DNA of 64,000 bases from Octopus vulgaris (GCA_951406725.2 OX597817.1:176080001-176144000); one strand, 5' to 3'; shown: positions 12,683-27,379, counted from the stretch's first letter. Translations and numbers: made by a program. Notes: generated by a model from the sequence alone, not told the origin.

Positions 12683-13773
12683 GGTTTATTATCAATGGTG
12701 TTCGAAGCTCAAGTTGTATAAGAAAAACAAAATAGCGAGTTGTTCTTCGTAGAATATTCCAGTGCAGTGCACACAATTTTTAGCCATTAAAAACCTTGCA
12801 TTGCGAGATCATAAAAAGGAAATAGATCAATTGTCAAGAAAAGAAAAGTGATCTTAGAAAATTAAGGAGGTTGTTGAATCTATGAGCAAATTTTCACTAA
12901 CATAGAAAAGGATTCCCGAAGAATATCATATTTATCTCCTTTAGTGCAGCATAATTGTGTTTAACTGATAGCAGTTCCTATTTACCAGAAATTGCTTCAT
13001 AGAATTTATAAAGCCAGATAATTTGACCTTATATTTGATTCTGCCCGAGTCCAAGCACTTAAAGATCAAATGACACGATGCAGGTTATTACGTTATTATG
13101 GGTTTCCTTTTAAAAAGCAATTCTAATAATAGAGTATTTTCTATGCATCTTTTTTCCTTAAAATTCCTTAATTTCAAATTTCTAATCCTGTTTGGAATTA
13201 TAACGAAATAATTATCTCCTTTGTAATATCTGTGACCGTTTGAGGGATTACATGTGTTTGAACATCTTGAATTTTATCCAATAAGAAAGAAAGGATACTG
13301 GAACAAACTTATAAAAGAGGAAATACCATTAAAAAGACTATCAACGTCAATAATATGACATTGCACTTGTTATGGCTGATTGTAAAAGAATATAAAACCA
13401 ATGATGAAGTACTAAGAATGACGTAAAAAAAATAAGAACAAAATTATTATTCGACACCATCAAAGGGAGATATTTAATTAGAAAAGATAGATTATAGAGG
13501 CTGCAAATGGAAGCCGAATTGAGCGGGATAAGAGGAATGGGTGGGGAGCAAAGAATTACGGGAATGGGTAACATCAAGAATTAGGCAGACTAAAATACAG
13601 TGGATGTACAAGAACAGCTCGGCAAAGACCTGGGTAAAAGAGGTAGGAGAATACGCAGTATTGTGTGGATGAGTAATATTATGATTTGGATAGACTTATA
13701 AATACCGTGAATGTATAAAATGTTAATATCAATACTTTCATAGAAGAAAGATCCGATGAATATACACATACGT

Positions 13774-13822
<49 letters not shown>

Positions 13823-13840
13823 TACACACACACACATATA

Positions 13841-15101
13841 TATTGGGTCATCTCATAAATACTGCGTGTTTTCTATACTTTTTTTATTTTTCAAAATTGA
13901 AATAAACAAAGTTCATTTTTAATCTAAAATATACTCTCCTTCATCTTCTACAATGTTCTTCCATCTATTTGGTAGACTTGCAAGGCCCCTCTTCCAAAAT
14001 TCACTTGTCCGTGACGAAAAATACTCCTCCAGTACTCCTCGTCTACACAACTGATGTTTTTCCCGTCCAAATGATTTTGAAGCCTGTGGAATAAATGATA
14101 ATCAGATGGGGCAATGTCCGGCGAATATAATGGGTGGGACATCGTTTCCCTTTCAAACTACTCCAGCCTTTGGAATGTCATCCTCGCTGTATGTGGCCAA
14201 GTGTTCTCCTGATTGAAGAACACCTTTCGTCTCGAAACCAAAGGAAGTCGTTTTTCTTCTAGCGCTGACTTAACCCGCTCAAGCTGCTCGCAGTAGATCT
14301 CCTTTGTTATCGTTTGATTCAGGTTTAAAGGTTCAAAGTGGACTAAATCTTTCATATTCCACCAAGCAGATAACAACACCTGACGTGGGTGAAGACTTTC
14401 TTTATCCGGTATTTCTTTCCCTACTCACTGTCTTCGGCGCTTGACATTTTTATAGAGAACTCATTTCTCGTCACCAGTCACTATTCGGTCCAAAAAAGGT
14501 TTATTTGTAAGACGTGACGGCAAAGAAGAGCACACATTCACTCGCTGCACGCAATTAGAATGGGAAAGTTTGTGTGTAACCCATTGACGCAATTTGCTGA
14601 CTTCTCCGATGGAACTCAGGTGTCGATAAATGGCTGAATAACCAAATCCAAGTTTCTCTTTTAGTTCCTTAGCAGTTATAATAGGATTTAGTTCGACCAG
14701 TGCCTACAGATCGTCGAGCCCTACAGATCTTCCAGGACGAGGCTCGTCTTCTAGGCTGTAGTTTCCGTCACGGAATTTCTGGAACAACCGATGACACTGG
14801 TTTACGCTAATTGTCCGATTTCCATATACTGCATTAATATTCATGGCATTTTTCGTTGGGTTTTTGCCTTTATTGAACTCATAAAGGAAAATATGACGAA
14901 TATGCTCCTTTGTCATTTTCATTGTAGCTTTGGAGAAATAACTGTTAAATCCGAACTGTACTCTTCAAGACTTGTACAAAGATTAAGTACAAGATAAATT
15001 TACTACATGCTTTTATGGCAAGTTGAAGTAGGTAGTATATCCCTTCCCACCCTAATTTTTAGTTCATGCAATTGAAAAAAACCGCATTATCTATCGGATG
15101 A

Positions 15102-15106
<5 letters not shown>
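13841..15106 (-). mobile_element. Decayed mariner DNA transposon with imperfect TIRs in TA repeats
   Basis: Fragments HIRHIFLYEF..EDEPRPGR, IVTGDEK, LSAWWN and HPLYSPDIAPSDYHLF. Left end tattgggtcatctcataaatactgcg matches the right-end reverse complement tatatcgtcatccgatagataatgcg. Confidence 0.92.
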
Positions 15107-15161
<55 letters not shown>

Positions 15162-15399
15162 ACATTTATATATATATTTATACATATATATACATTTATA
15201 TATATATTTATACATATATATATACATACATATACATTTATATATATACTTATATATATATATATACATATATATATTTATATTTATATATATACATATA
15301 TATATACATATCCATACACACAGACACACATATATATATATATACATATCCATACGTATATATACATACATATATATACATATACATGCATATATATAC

Positions 15400-15430
<31 letters not shown>

Positions 15431-15576
15431 CATACATATATATATATAAATATACATATATATATATGCATATGTATGTATGTATATGTATATATATATG
15501 TATATATATATATATATAAGTATATATATGTATATATATATGTATATATATGTATATATATATATGTATATATATA
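15107..15576. repeat. Compound (TA)n/(TACA)n microsatellite
   Basis: Direct observation. Confidence 0.95.
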
Positions 15577-17740
15577 GAGAAAGGCCACTGTACACAAGAA
15601 CAAAATCCCCAGAGAGAGGAAAATTTTAATGAGACGGCGTACAAAAATTTCAAATCGCCTAAACAAACAAATTGAAAGCAGTGAAAAGTCCCGCCGGAAA
15701 ATAAAACTGTTGGAAATTGAAAATTGTCTGCAACTCTCCCATGAGAAGGAAAGAGCAGACAAAGAAGCCTGGGCTATAGACAACATAAAAACTAACCCCA
15801 GAGCTTTCTACAGGTATGCCAAAGAAACAGCTACGGTGCACTGTAGGATAGGGCCACTCCTTGAAAAGGATGGCACACTCACAGGAAAACCAATGAGGGT
15901 AAGTGAAATACTGAATGAACAATTCAAGAGTGTTCTCACTCCACCCCTTGGGCATTTCCAAATCAGCAATCCAACTGACTTCTTTACCACTGCAGATATA
16001 GAATCAGAGGCGGCGACGATAAATTACATCGATATAAAGGAAGACGATGTAATAAAGGCTATAGATGAAATGAAAACAGACTCAGCTATTGGCCCCGATG
16101 GATTCCCGGCAATCCTCCTAAAAGTATGTAAGAGAGTCCTAGCAAGACCACTGCAGTTCCTCTTTCAGAGCTTCCTTGCAGCTGGCAAACTTCCAAGAAA
16201 ACTGAAGGAAGGTAAAATATGCCTTATTCATAAAGGAGGTAGCAGAGCGGAGGCCAAAAACTACAGACCTATCTCTCTGACCTCACACATCAGCAAGGTC
16301 ATGGAACGAATAGTCAGAAGGAAACTAATCACCTTCCTTGAAGAAAATGACTTGCTGCCTGACACCCAACATGGTTTCCGACCAGGAAGAAGCTGCTTAA
16401 CTCAGCTCCTGCAGCACTATGACTGGGTGCTGAAACAACTGCTCAACCACTCAAATGTGGAAGTCATATATCTCGACTTCGCAAAGGCCTTCGATAAAGT
16501 CGATCATGGAATGATATGTCACAAGCTGCGTGATCTTGGCATAGTTGGAAAACTAGGAGAATGGCTTCATGACTTTCTGAAGAATAGAAGTCAGGTGGTA
16601 GCAGCCAATGGGGCCACTTCCATTAACACGCAAATAGTGAGCGGTGTTCCGCAGGGGCACTGTTTTGGGACCACTACTGTTCATAATGGCCCTCACAGAC
16701 ATGCCCTCAGCCACGCAGAGAGCCACGATCACAAGTTATGCAGATGATACAAAAGTTTCACAGGCAATACAGAACCCTGAAGACACTAAGCACCTGCAAT
16801 GTGAGCTGGACGAAATATACAAGTGGGCTGAAAAGAATAGCATGCAGTTCAATGCTGAAAAGTTTCAAGCTTTATACTATCAGCATGCAAAACTGAATGC
16901 AATACCCAATGAATACACTGGACCCGGAGGGATTGTAATCCCAGAGGCACAATCAGTGCGTGACCTGGGTATTCACATGAGTGATGACGCGACCTTTCAT
17001 GTACATGTTGCTAAACTGACAATGAAATGTAGACGGCTGGCTGGATGGATTCTTAGAACCTTTAGAACAAGAGAACAAGAAACCATGATGGTCCTCTGGA
17101 AGACACTTGTCCTAAGCCACTTTGACTATTGCTCTCAGCTATGGTCACCATCCAGTGTCAAGTTGATCACAGAACTTGAGGCGATCCAACGAAGCTACAC
17201 GAAGAAGATAGCCTCTGTGCAGCATATGAGCTACTGGGAGAGACTCAAGAGATTAAAGCTCTATTCCCTGGAGCGTAGGCGAGAAAGATATGCCATAATA
17301 TATATCTGGAAGATCCTGGAAGGTCTTGTCCCAGACTTTGGCATCGAGAGTCACACAAATGCCAGAACCGGACGCCACTGCGTAGTACCAAGGACTCCAA
17401 ATTTGCCATCAAGATGTAGGACAAGATATTGTGATAGCCTGGGCTTCAGAGGCCCACGGCTCTTCAATATCCTCCCGAAGAACCTGAGGGACCTGCATGG
17501 TGTAGATGCGGATGTCTTTAAAGTAGGACTGGATCTCTTCCTGTCAGGTGTCCCGGATGAACCAACTTCACGGCAGGAGGTGCAGATGAGGGCAGCTGCA
17601 TCGAACTCTCTCATGCATCAGATGGCGTTTGCTAAAAAGCATCCGTGAGGTAAAACCGTGTAGCAAACCAAATGGCGGTACCCCAGCATGGCCACAGCTC
17701 ATTAGCTGAAACTGGAAAAATCAAAATCAAAATCAAAATC
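15577..17740 (+). mobile_element. 5'-truncated CR1-group LINE with (AAAATC)n tail
   Basis: RT motifs NYRPISLTS, QHGFRPGRSC, YLDFAKAFDKVDH, SGVPQG/TVLGPLLF (frameshift at about 16655), YADDTK and LYSLERRR. The tail is a tandem AAAATC repeat. Confidence 0.92.
15629..17648 (+). pseudogene. CR1-group reverse transcriptase ORF2 fragment with one frameshift
   Basis: ORFs 15629-16747 and 16644-17648 join at the QG motif. Confidence 0.9.
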
Positions 17741-18610
17741 ATATATGTATATGTATGTATATATATATGTATATATATATATATATGTGTATATATATGT
17801 ATACATATATATGTGTATATATATGTATATGTGTATATATATATATATATATGTGTGTGTGTATATATAATAATAATATTAGAGAGAATAACTCCAAACT
17901 TTCAGGGAAAAATTCAATTTAGTATTAAATCATATTTCACAATATATAAAATATAAATTAGAGATAAAACCACTATTATGCAACTCAAACAGTAATAGAC
18001 ATAAACCAAAACATAAATAACAAATAATATATATTTTTATAAAACACATAACTCATAACTAGATCTCAAAACGGATAAAAATGAATGATCAATATATAAG
18101 TAAAAGAACTACGTACGTTTCATGGCTACAATTAAATTTGAATTACAATTAAGTTTAAATTCAATTTATATAAATTCGATTTAAAATTATAATCAATCTT
18201 CAGGTTGATGATAATAGTTAAATAGATAAGCAAATAGAGTTAAACAATGTTTATTTAAAAAATAAATAAAATAAAACTTTTTCTTGGAGAAAAAAAACTC
18301 CATTAATTAAATTAGAAACTTAAAACATTAGGATTATTTCCTACAACACATTTATTATGTTAAATATTTAATTTTTAAGGTAAAAAAAATAGATAGAAAT
18401 ATGTGTTTATCTTTGAAGATATAATTTGGCTTTAAAAAAAACATAATAAACTATCGAATATCTATAACTCAGTTATACTTCAATATTTAATTACCAAATT
18501 ATTTAACAAAATAATCACTATTAATATTTTTAGATTTAAGTTCATATCTAATAATTATAAAATAATTAATACATAAAAATAAGTATCTAAATATACTATA
18601 TATATGTAGT

Positions 18611-18976
18611 AATGTCTATATGCCAAGAGAACGTGGCAGTCCTTTATAGGATGATGTTTTCCTGTTACTGCTGTTACAGCCCCAGGAAAACTTTTCCAGC
18701 GACTGTGTATCGCTCAGAAAATATATAGTATTTGCACGTGGAGGGAGCTTTCGTCGGTAGCTTTTGGTTAACTCACACTGAGGACAGATAACATTCAGAA
18801 ACCTCGGTCTATGAGTATCACGTAAGGCTAGAGATGGGAACGATGACCTCCTTTACAAATGCTATAAGGACACAGACTGTGTCGAAAGCCAGCTGGAAAA
18901 GATATTTTCCTGGGGCTATAACAAGAGTAACATCGTCCTATATAGGACTTCCTCGTTCTGCGGGCATATAAACATT
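18611..18976. mobile_element. Inverted-repeat (MITE/fold-back) element
   Basis: aatgtctatatgcc..gtcctttataggatgatgtt..agccccaggaaaa is inverted at ttttcctggggct..aacatcgtcctatataggac..ggcatataaacatt. Confidence 0.6.
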
Positions 18977-19057
18977 GATATCCGCTACTGTTACTGTAGA
19001 TCTGTTGCTCAGAGATTTAAAACAAGTGGTTTGTATATATATTTATATATATTTATT

Positions 19058-19143
<86 letters not shown>

Positions 19144-19151
19144 TACATATA

Positions 19152-19357
19152 GCGCCCCGGGCGAAATGTTTAGCGGTATTTCGTCTGACATTACGTTCTG
19201 AGTTCAAATTCCGCCGAGGTAGACTTTGCCTTTCATCCTTTCGGGGTCGATAAATGAAGTACCAATTTCGCACTGGGGTCGATGTAATCGACTTAATCCA
19301 TTTGTCTGTCCTTGTTTGTCCCCTCTATATTTAGCCTCTTGTGGGTAGTAGAGAAAT
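19152..19357 (+). mobile_element. SINE family A copy (5'-truncated)
   Basis: Matches 12450-12682. Confidence 0.88.
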
Positions 19358-19624
19358 ATATATATATATATAAAGACAGCACTAGAAAGATTTAGGGAAA
19401 AAAATGGTATTTACCTTACTCAGAAACGTGGGCTGGGGAAGTTTAGGCTATTATGCCAGCTCAGAAACCGGTCCAGGTGAGTCCAAATACTTGAATGTAT
19501 GCTGAAATATTGTCTTAGCCCGTTCGCCTTTGGACGGTTGATTTCTGTAGTTGTTATCAGTGTATTTTGGTGATTTAACCAAAAAAATAGGTTTGATGGT
19601 TATTTCCCGCAGATAGACATAGCT

Positions 19625-20737
<1,113 letters not shown>

Positions 20738-21339
20738 TAAAAGTGATGCTCAAAAGAAGATTAATAAAAAAAAAGCTTACTAAGATATTTTTGTAAACTC
20801 TGATAGTCGCTCTGTTACTGTTGCTAATTATACTGTGTTAATCTTTCACGGAACATTTTCTTTTATCATTATCTTTATCTTTCACTTGTTTCAGTTATTG
20901 GACTGCCGCCCAAGCTGGGGCACTGCCTCGAAGGGTTTTAGTCGAACATATCGATCTCAATACTTGGGTTGTTGTTTTTTTAAGTTTAGCACTTATTCTA
21001 TTGGTACCTTTTGCCAAACCGCTAGATTACGGAGACGGTAAACAAACCAACACAGGTTATCAAGTTGTTGGTGTGTGGGGTGAGGTGACAAGCACACACA
21101 TAGACGTATGTTCCAGCATGGCCGCAACCTTAGGTCTGAAACGTGTAAAAGAGTAGAATAATAATAACAGGCGTAGCTGTGTAGTAAGAAGCTTGCTTCC
21201 CAACCACATGGTTCTAAGATCAGTCCCACTGCGTGGCACCTTGGGCAAGTATTTTCTACTACAGCCTCGGGCCGACCAAAGCCTTGTCAGTGAATATGGT
21301 ACACGGAAACTGAAAGAAGCCTGTCATATATATATAATT

Positions 21340-22310
21340 TCAATAGGGATCAAATAATTCACGAAAAAATGTGTTATTATCTAGTGTAACAATATAAAAA
21401 TGATAATAACAGAATCAATAATTTAGGCGATTGCAGGCCTCCCAAAAAGCATTAATATCTGAAGGATTAAACTGTTGAAGGATTAAAATTAATCAAAAGA
21501 CATACCAAGTATGTCTACCTGCTGTAAATAACAGTCAAAAATCTTATTTAAATCGCCAAAATACACTGATAATAACTACAGAAATCAACCGACCGAAGGC
21601 AAACACGCTAAGACAACCTTTTAGCATACATTCAAGACTCAGGTGGACCGGTTTCTGAACTGGCATAATAGCCTAATCTTTCTCAGCACGCGTTACCATG
21701 ATAGAGAGCTCCGTCGGACGGTTGATTTCTGTAGTTATTATCAGTATATTTTGGCGATTTAAATAAGAGCTTTCACTGTTATTTCCAGCAGGTAGACATA
21801 CTTAGTATGTCCTTTGATAAATTTTAATCCTTCAGCTATTTAATGCCTTTTGGATGCCTGCAATCGCCTATATTATTGATTCTGTTATTATTATTTTTAA
21901 CTTGTTATACTAGATAATAACAGAGTGAATGGTAAATTCGCAAATTAATTTTTCGGGAAGTATTTTTCTCGTGAAGTATTTGCTCCGTAATGAAATCATT
22001 TTCACACTGGTGGGTGCCATGATTTCTGCGCAAAATGAATCAGTTGCAGCGCAGACTTCAAAAAGACGGGTTGGGGCTCTCTATCATGGTCACGCGGGTT
22101 GAGGAAGGTTAGGCTATTATGCCAGCCCAGAAACCGGTCCACGTGAGTCCAAATACTTGAATGTGTGCTGAAAGATTGTCTTAGCCCGTTCGCCTTTGGA
22201 CGGTTGATTTCTGTAGTTGTTATCAGTGTATTTTGGGGATTAAAAAAAGAGTTTTGACTGTTATTTCCCACAAACAGACATACTTAGTATACCCTTTAAT
22301 TAATTTTAAT
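21340..22310. mobile_element. Fold-back element: about 250-bp inverted arms plus an extra copy
   Basis: 21340-21595 is the inverse of 21715-21995. The same family occurs at 22075-22310 and 19425-19620. Confidence 0.75.
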
Positions 22311-23223
22311 CACACACACACACACACAAACATATATATACATATATATCTTTATACATACGTGTGGAATTTGACTGGTGACCGTCACTGCTGCCATGTG
22401 CGGTTGTTTTTAGTTTAAGAGGCAGAGAGAAATAGGGTTTGCTAAGAAATACAATGTATGTATATAATGCGGGTTTCTATGCAGTTTTCATGTCAGATTC
22501 ACTCAAAAGACCCGGAGCTAAAGTAGAAGACACTTATCCTAGGTACCGTGCTGTGGGACTGAACCTGAAACCAAGTGGTTGCAAAGTTGGTTTCTTAGCC
22601 GCCCAGCCATTTTGATCATTGTTTGTTTCTTGCTCTAATCTCGGTAGACAAAAGCTTGAAGATACTAATCATATCAAAAGTTGTCAAATCTGGAATTTGG
22701 TGGGTTCCAGACCAAAGATTGTGAAACATTTGGGGGTTATTTTTCATGAGGTGAAGAATCGTGAGTCAGGGTCTTGATTAAAGCTGAACCGAAATTAAGT
22801 GGTGAATGGGATGTTTCAGTACAAAGATGAAACCAGTTCTTTCTAAAAAGCTCAAAAATGTAAAGTTAATTTAGAAAAAAATTATTTGAATAATGAACGA
22901 AACTAATTTTGTCTTTTACTTGTTTCAGTCATCGAGTTGCGGCTACTGAGGCGCCGCTTTGAAGGGTTAAGCCGAACAAATCGATCTCTGCACTTGACTT
23001 ATTTCCTCAGCCACTTTTACGGAACCGCTAGGTTGTGGGGACGCGAACAAACTAATACCGGTTGTCAAGCGGTGGAGGGGACAAACACAAAAACGCGCGC
23101 CCAAGCACACACACACACATACACACACGTGTATATAAATATAAACAATCATTTGCCTTTTTTTTCATTAGCGTCGAATTGTATTGTACGATATAAATAA
23201 GATGATAATTTTTTTCCGAGCGC

Positions 23224-23407
23224 AGAAACGCCTTTAGAACAGCAGAAATATTGGGTAAATTACCCTTACAAAGCGGGAAAATTTGTCAACAAACATTCAT
23301 GGGACTCAAACCCACATCCTTCAAAGACTCCGGGTGCTTGTTGACAAATGTTTCCGCTTTGTAAGAGTAATTTACCCAATATTTCTGTTGTTCTAACGGC
23401 GTCTCTA
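23224..23407. repeat. Hairpin element with about 70-bp inverted arms
   Basis: ttagaacagcagaaatattgggtaaattacccttacaaagcgg...ccgctttgtaagagtaatttacccaatatttctgttgttctaa. Confidence 0.8.
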
Positions 23408-24196
23408 TATTCGGAAACATTTATAATCTTATTTGTATCATACAAGTTTCCATCTTCCAAGTCTACTCACAAGGCGTTGGTTGGCCCGGGGCAATAGTAT
23501 AAAACACTAACCCAAGGTACTGCGTAGTGAGATTGAACCAAAAACGATATGGTTGGGAAGCCAGCTTTTTAACTACATAGACACGCCGGCGTCGATTACT
23601 GGTGGTGTGTAAGATGTAATAGAGGAAAACTCTTCCATCTTCGTGTTTTAAACTCAAAATTAAGATTTCCTTTTTTTTTTTTGTTTTACATGTGAGGCGA
23701 TCACTGTTTGACACAAATGAAAGTAACACAATTCATACGGTAAATGCATTAAAGAAAAGTTTTATAACCCAACTATTGATCATTTCGAACTTTATGAAGA
23801 AAATCTCGGATTGTATAATACTTCTGACGAATCGCCTAAACATTCAGCTTCCTAAAATCGGAGAACTCCTTGAGTTTCTACCTCAGTATGACGATTTTAT
23901 TTTCTCAAAATTTCAAATTGGTTGTATAGATATTTACGTAATAATACTACTGCAGATTCAGTTAACAGTTGTGAGTAATCTTTCGGCTGTTGAAAGTAAT
24001 CTTATTATATTTGAGAGATTTAATGAATCTAGAAAGACTATTGGCTTTTGTCTCACTCATCATTGAACGTAAACAAATGAAAATCAAATTTTGATTATAC
24101 AGATTGCAGCAGAAAAATCTACCATATTTTACACAGCCGTTGGTGTAGCGTTAGTGAAGTTAAGCAGGTGGTAATGGAGTCTTTTTTTTTTCTTTT

Positions 24197-24480
24197 GTCG
24201 CTCTTTTCAAGCCCAGCCAGGCTCATGGGCCCAGTTTCCCAGTTTCTGTGGCGTATGTGTCCCACCCCCCAGCTGGACGGGACGCCAGTCCATCGCAGCT
24301 TACTCAAGGAACAGGAAGAGGGAGTGAGAGAAAGTTAGGGCGAAAGAGTACAACAGGGGTCACCACCACCCCCTGCCGGAGCCTCGTGGAGCTTTTAGGT
24401 GTTTTCGCTCAATAAACACACACAACGCCCGGTCTGGGAATCGAAACCGCGATCCTCCGACTGCGCTATTGCGCCTCCAC
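24197..24480 (-). mobile_element. SINE family C (tRNA-derived head, gcgatggactggcgtcccgtccag domain) with TSD
   Basis: TSD aatggagtcttt at 24173-24184 and 24481-24492, plus an A-rich tail. Copies at 27077-27379, 33053-33313 and 51651-51950. Confidence 0.9.
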
Positions 24481-25304
24481 AATGGAGTCTTTACATAGCT
24501 TTATTCTTTGTGTTTTACTTTTCATAGTTTGGACCTGTGCACATCATGTGAATGCCATTGAAACATGTATCAAAAATGGCGAATTTGGCAGTTTATACTT
24601 TTCTTGCGCCTATAGTATACACACGTTCGAATTATTAAAATTAAGAAACATTTTAAAAGGCTCGAAATTACACATAAAAATAACCCATAACTGAGAGAAC
24701 AAAGCGTTTCATTTAGAGCTCCATATAATTATAGTGAATTTATTTCAACAAATGTTTGCACAGTTTTGTATTGCTTTGCTTGTAAGTAAATTAATACTTG
24801 CTTCATTGTATTTTATGATAAAGTATATGTAACTACTTTCATTTGTTGGTGTGTCTCTTACATTCAGAGACCATTAAAACTTTTATGACCATAAACCTAT
24901 AATGGAAAATTGAGCCTCCGCATACTTCCTAGTACTCTACTACTATTTATTGTTTTTTTTATCTTGTTTTATTTTATTTTAATTTAATTTCTTTCATCTT
25001 CCTCGTTTACCTTTCCTGACCAATCTTACTAACGGCGTCACTCTATTATCTTAGAACTTCTTAAAGGCGGCGAGCAGGCAGACACGTTAAGGCGTCGGAC
25101 AAAGAAGAAAAGCAACATTTAATCAGGCTTTTTCGTTCTGTGCTCAAATCTCTCAATTTTGTCATCTATCCTTTTGGAAGAGATAAAATAAATGACCCGT
25201 CATGTACTGGAGTCGATGTAATCGGCTAAACCTCTTCACCTAAAACAGCTGTTCATATACCAAAATTTGAAACTATAATATATAGCTCCTTTTAATCTGT
25301 TATC

Positions 25305-25930
25305 AAGCGTGGCTATATGGTAAGAAGTTTGCTTCCAACCACATGGCTCTGGGTGCAGTCCCTCTGCGTGACATCTTAGGCAAGTGCCTGCTACTATAGA
25401 CTCGGGCCGACCAAAGCCTTGTGGGTGGATTTGGTAAACGAAGACCGAAAGAAGCCCGTCATATATATATTCTTTTATTTGTTTCAGTCATTTGACTGCG
25501 GCCATGCTGGAGCACCGCCTTTGAACAAATCGACCCCTGGACTTATTCTTTATAAGCCTAGTACTTATTCTATCGGTTCTTTTGCCGAACCGCTAAGTTA
25601 CGGAGACGTAAACGCCTTAACATCAGATACTTACTTGCCCAAGATGCCACGCAGTGGGACTGAACCCGGAACCATGTGGTTTGTAAGCAAGCTACTTACC
25701 ACACAGCTATTCCTGCCCCTATCAATATATATATTAATGCCTTTGTGTCTGTGTTTGCCCCCACCACTGCTTGAAAACCGGTGTTCGTATGTTTACGTCC
25801 CAGTTCGGAAAACGAGAGATCGATAGAATGAGTATCAGGCTTAAAAAAAGTTTTAGGGTCTATGTGTTCGACTAAAGCCCTTCATCGCGGTGCTCCAGCA
25901 TGATCACAGTAAAATGTCTGAAAGTACTAA
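25305..25930. mobile_element. SINE family B copy (+) with an antisense family B copy nested in its internal microsatellite
   Basis: 5' half at 25305-25460 (+), antisense internally deleted copy at about 25473-25715, 3' half at about 25740-25930 (+). Confidence 0.75.
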
Positions 25931-26139
25931 AAGACAGATGATTAAATTTTTTCTTAAAAGTAAATTGGAGTTATTCCGATTAACAAGTTTAAGTACCGTA
26001 ATAGAAATTATTCAGGGCTATTAGAATACTGGCTTTAATGAAATCAATTATTGATTTTCCCCTAGGCACGTTGGATATTAGCTACATATCTAGTTTGCTG
26101 ACATGATATTTCTTAAGAAAGGTATCAATTGTAATATTG

Positions 26140-26960
26140 GTTTTCAAATTTTTGGCACAAGGCCAGCAATTTTGACGGGAGGGGTTAAACCGATTGCAAT
26201 AAGTGTTCAACTGGTACTTATTTTATCGACCCCGTAAGAATGAAAGACAAAGTCGACCTCGGTGGAATTTGAACTCAGAACGCCAAAGACAGACAAAATG
26301 CCGCTTAGCATTTTGCCCGGATGGGTGCTAACGATTCTTATTTCTTTATTGCCCACAAGGGGCTAAACATAGAGAGGACAAACAAGGACAGACAAAGGGA
26401 TTAAGTCGATTACATCGTCCCAAGTGCGTAACTGGTACTTAATTTATCGACCCCGAAAGGATGAAAGGTAAAGTCGACCTCGGCGGAATTTGAACGCAGT
26501 ACGTAGCGACGAGCGAAATACCTATTTCTTTACTACGCACAAGAGGACAAACAAGGACAGACAAACGGATGAAGTCGATTATATCGACCCCATTGCATAA
26601 CTGGTACTTAATTTATCGATCTCGAAAGGATGAAAGGCAAAGTCGACCTCGGCGGAATTTGAACCCAGAACGTAACGGCAGACGAAATACGGTTACGCAT
26701 TTCGCCCGGCGTGCTAACGTTTCTGCCAGCTCACCGCCTTGGTATCAGTTGTAATATTGCTAGCAGAAATAAGGCGGTGGGCAGAGAGAATCGTTAGCGG
26801 CGTTACGCCCGTCTTTACGTTCTGAGTTCAAGTTCCACCGAGGTCGACTTTCCTTTCATCCTTTCAGAATCGATAGATACCAGCTGAACACTGGAGTTGA
26901 TGTAATCGACTTACCCCCACACCTCGAAGTTTCTGACTACGTGCCAAAACCTGAAACCAG
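26140..26960. mobile_element. Cluster of four SINE family A copies (three minus, one plus)
   Basis: Repeated gtcgacctcggcggaatttgaac and aactggtactt motifs. Confidence 0.85.
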
Positions 26961-27076
26961 TGTTTCTAGCATAAATTAGTTGATGCTGTGTGATGTTATG
27001 TGAAATATCTAGTGTCAAAAGTATCATCACCACATCATCAAAAGTATCATCTCTACATGATAATAAAAAAAAAAAC

Positions 27077-27379
27077 GTCGCTCTTTTCAAGCCTATCCAG
27101 GCTCAAGAGTCCGGTTTCCCGGTTTCTGTGGCGTATGTGTTCCCCCCAGCTGAACGGGACGCCAGTCCATCGCAGGATTACTCAAGAAACAGGAAGAGAG
27201 AGAGAGTGAGAGAAAGTTGGGCGAAAGAGTACAACAGGGGTCGCCCTACCCTCTGCCGGAGCCTCGTGGAGCTTTTAGGTGTTTTTGGTCAATAAACATA
27301 CAACGCCCGGTCTGGGAATCGAAACCGCGATCTTCCGACCGCGAGTCCGCTGCCCTAACCACTGGGTCATTGCGCCTCC
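27077..27379 (-). mobile_element. SINE family C, full length
   Basis: Head ggaggcgcaatgacccagtggttagggcagcggactcgcggtcgg with A and B boxes; matches 24197-24480. Confidence 0.9.

Noticed and set aside
15087-15786. YI/CV/HT-repeat ORFs here and at 11.6-12.1, 31.6-32.0, 33.2-34.1, 36.6-37.8 and 47.2-47.9 kb
   Set aside because: Translations of dinucleotide and tetranucleotide microsatellites.
24482-24694. 70-aa ORF resembling a signal-peptide protein
   Set aside because: The ATG lies within a SINE target-site duplication, the hydrophobic stretch is a T-rich tract, and no homology is recognisable.
27305-27379. tRNA genes (also about 33053, 51651 and 63810-63877)
   Set aside because: The tRNA-like sequences are SINE heads that continue into shared SINE bodies and lack proper acceptor stems.
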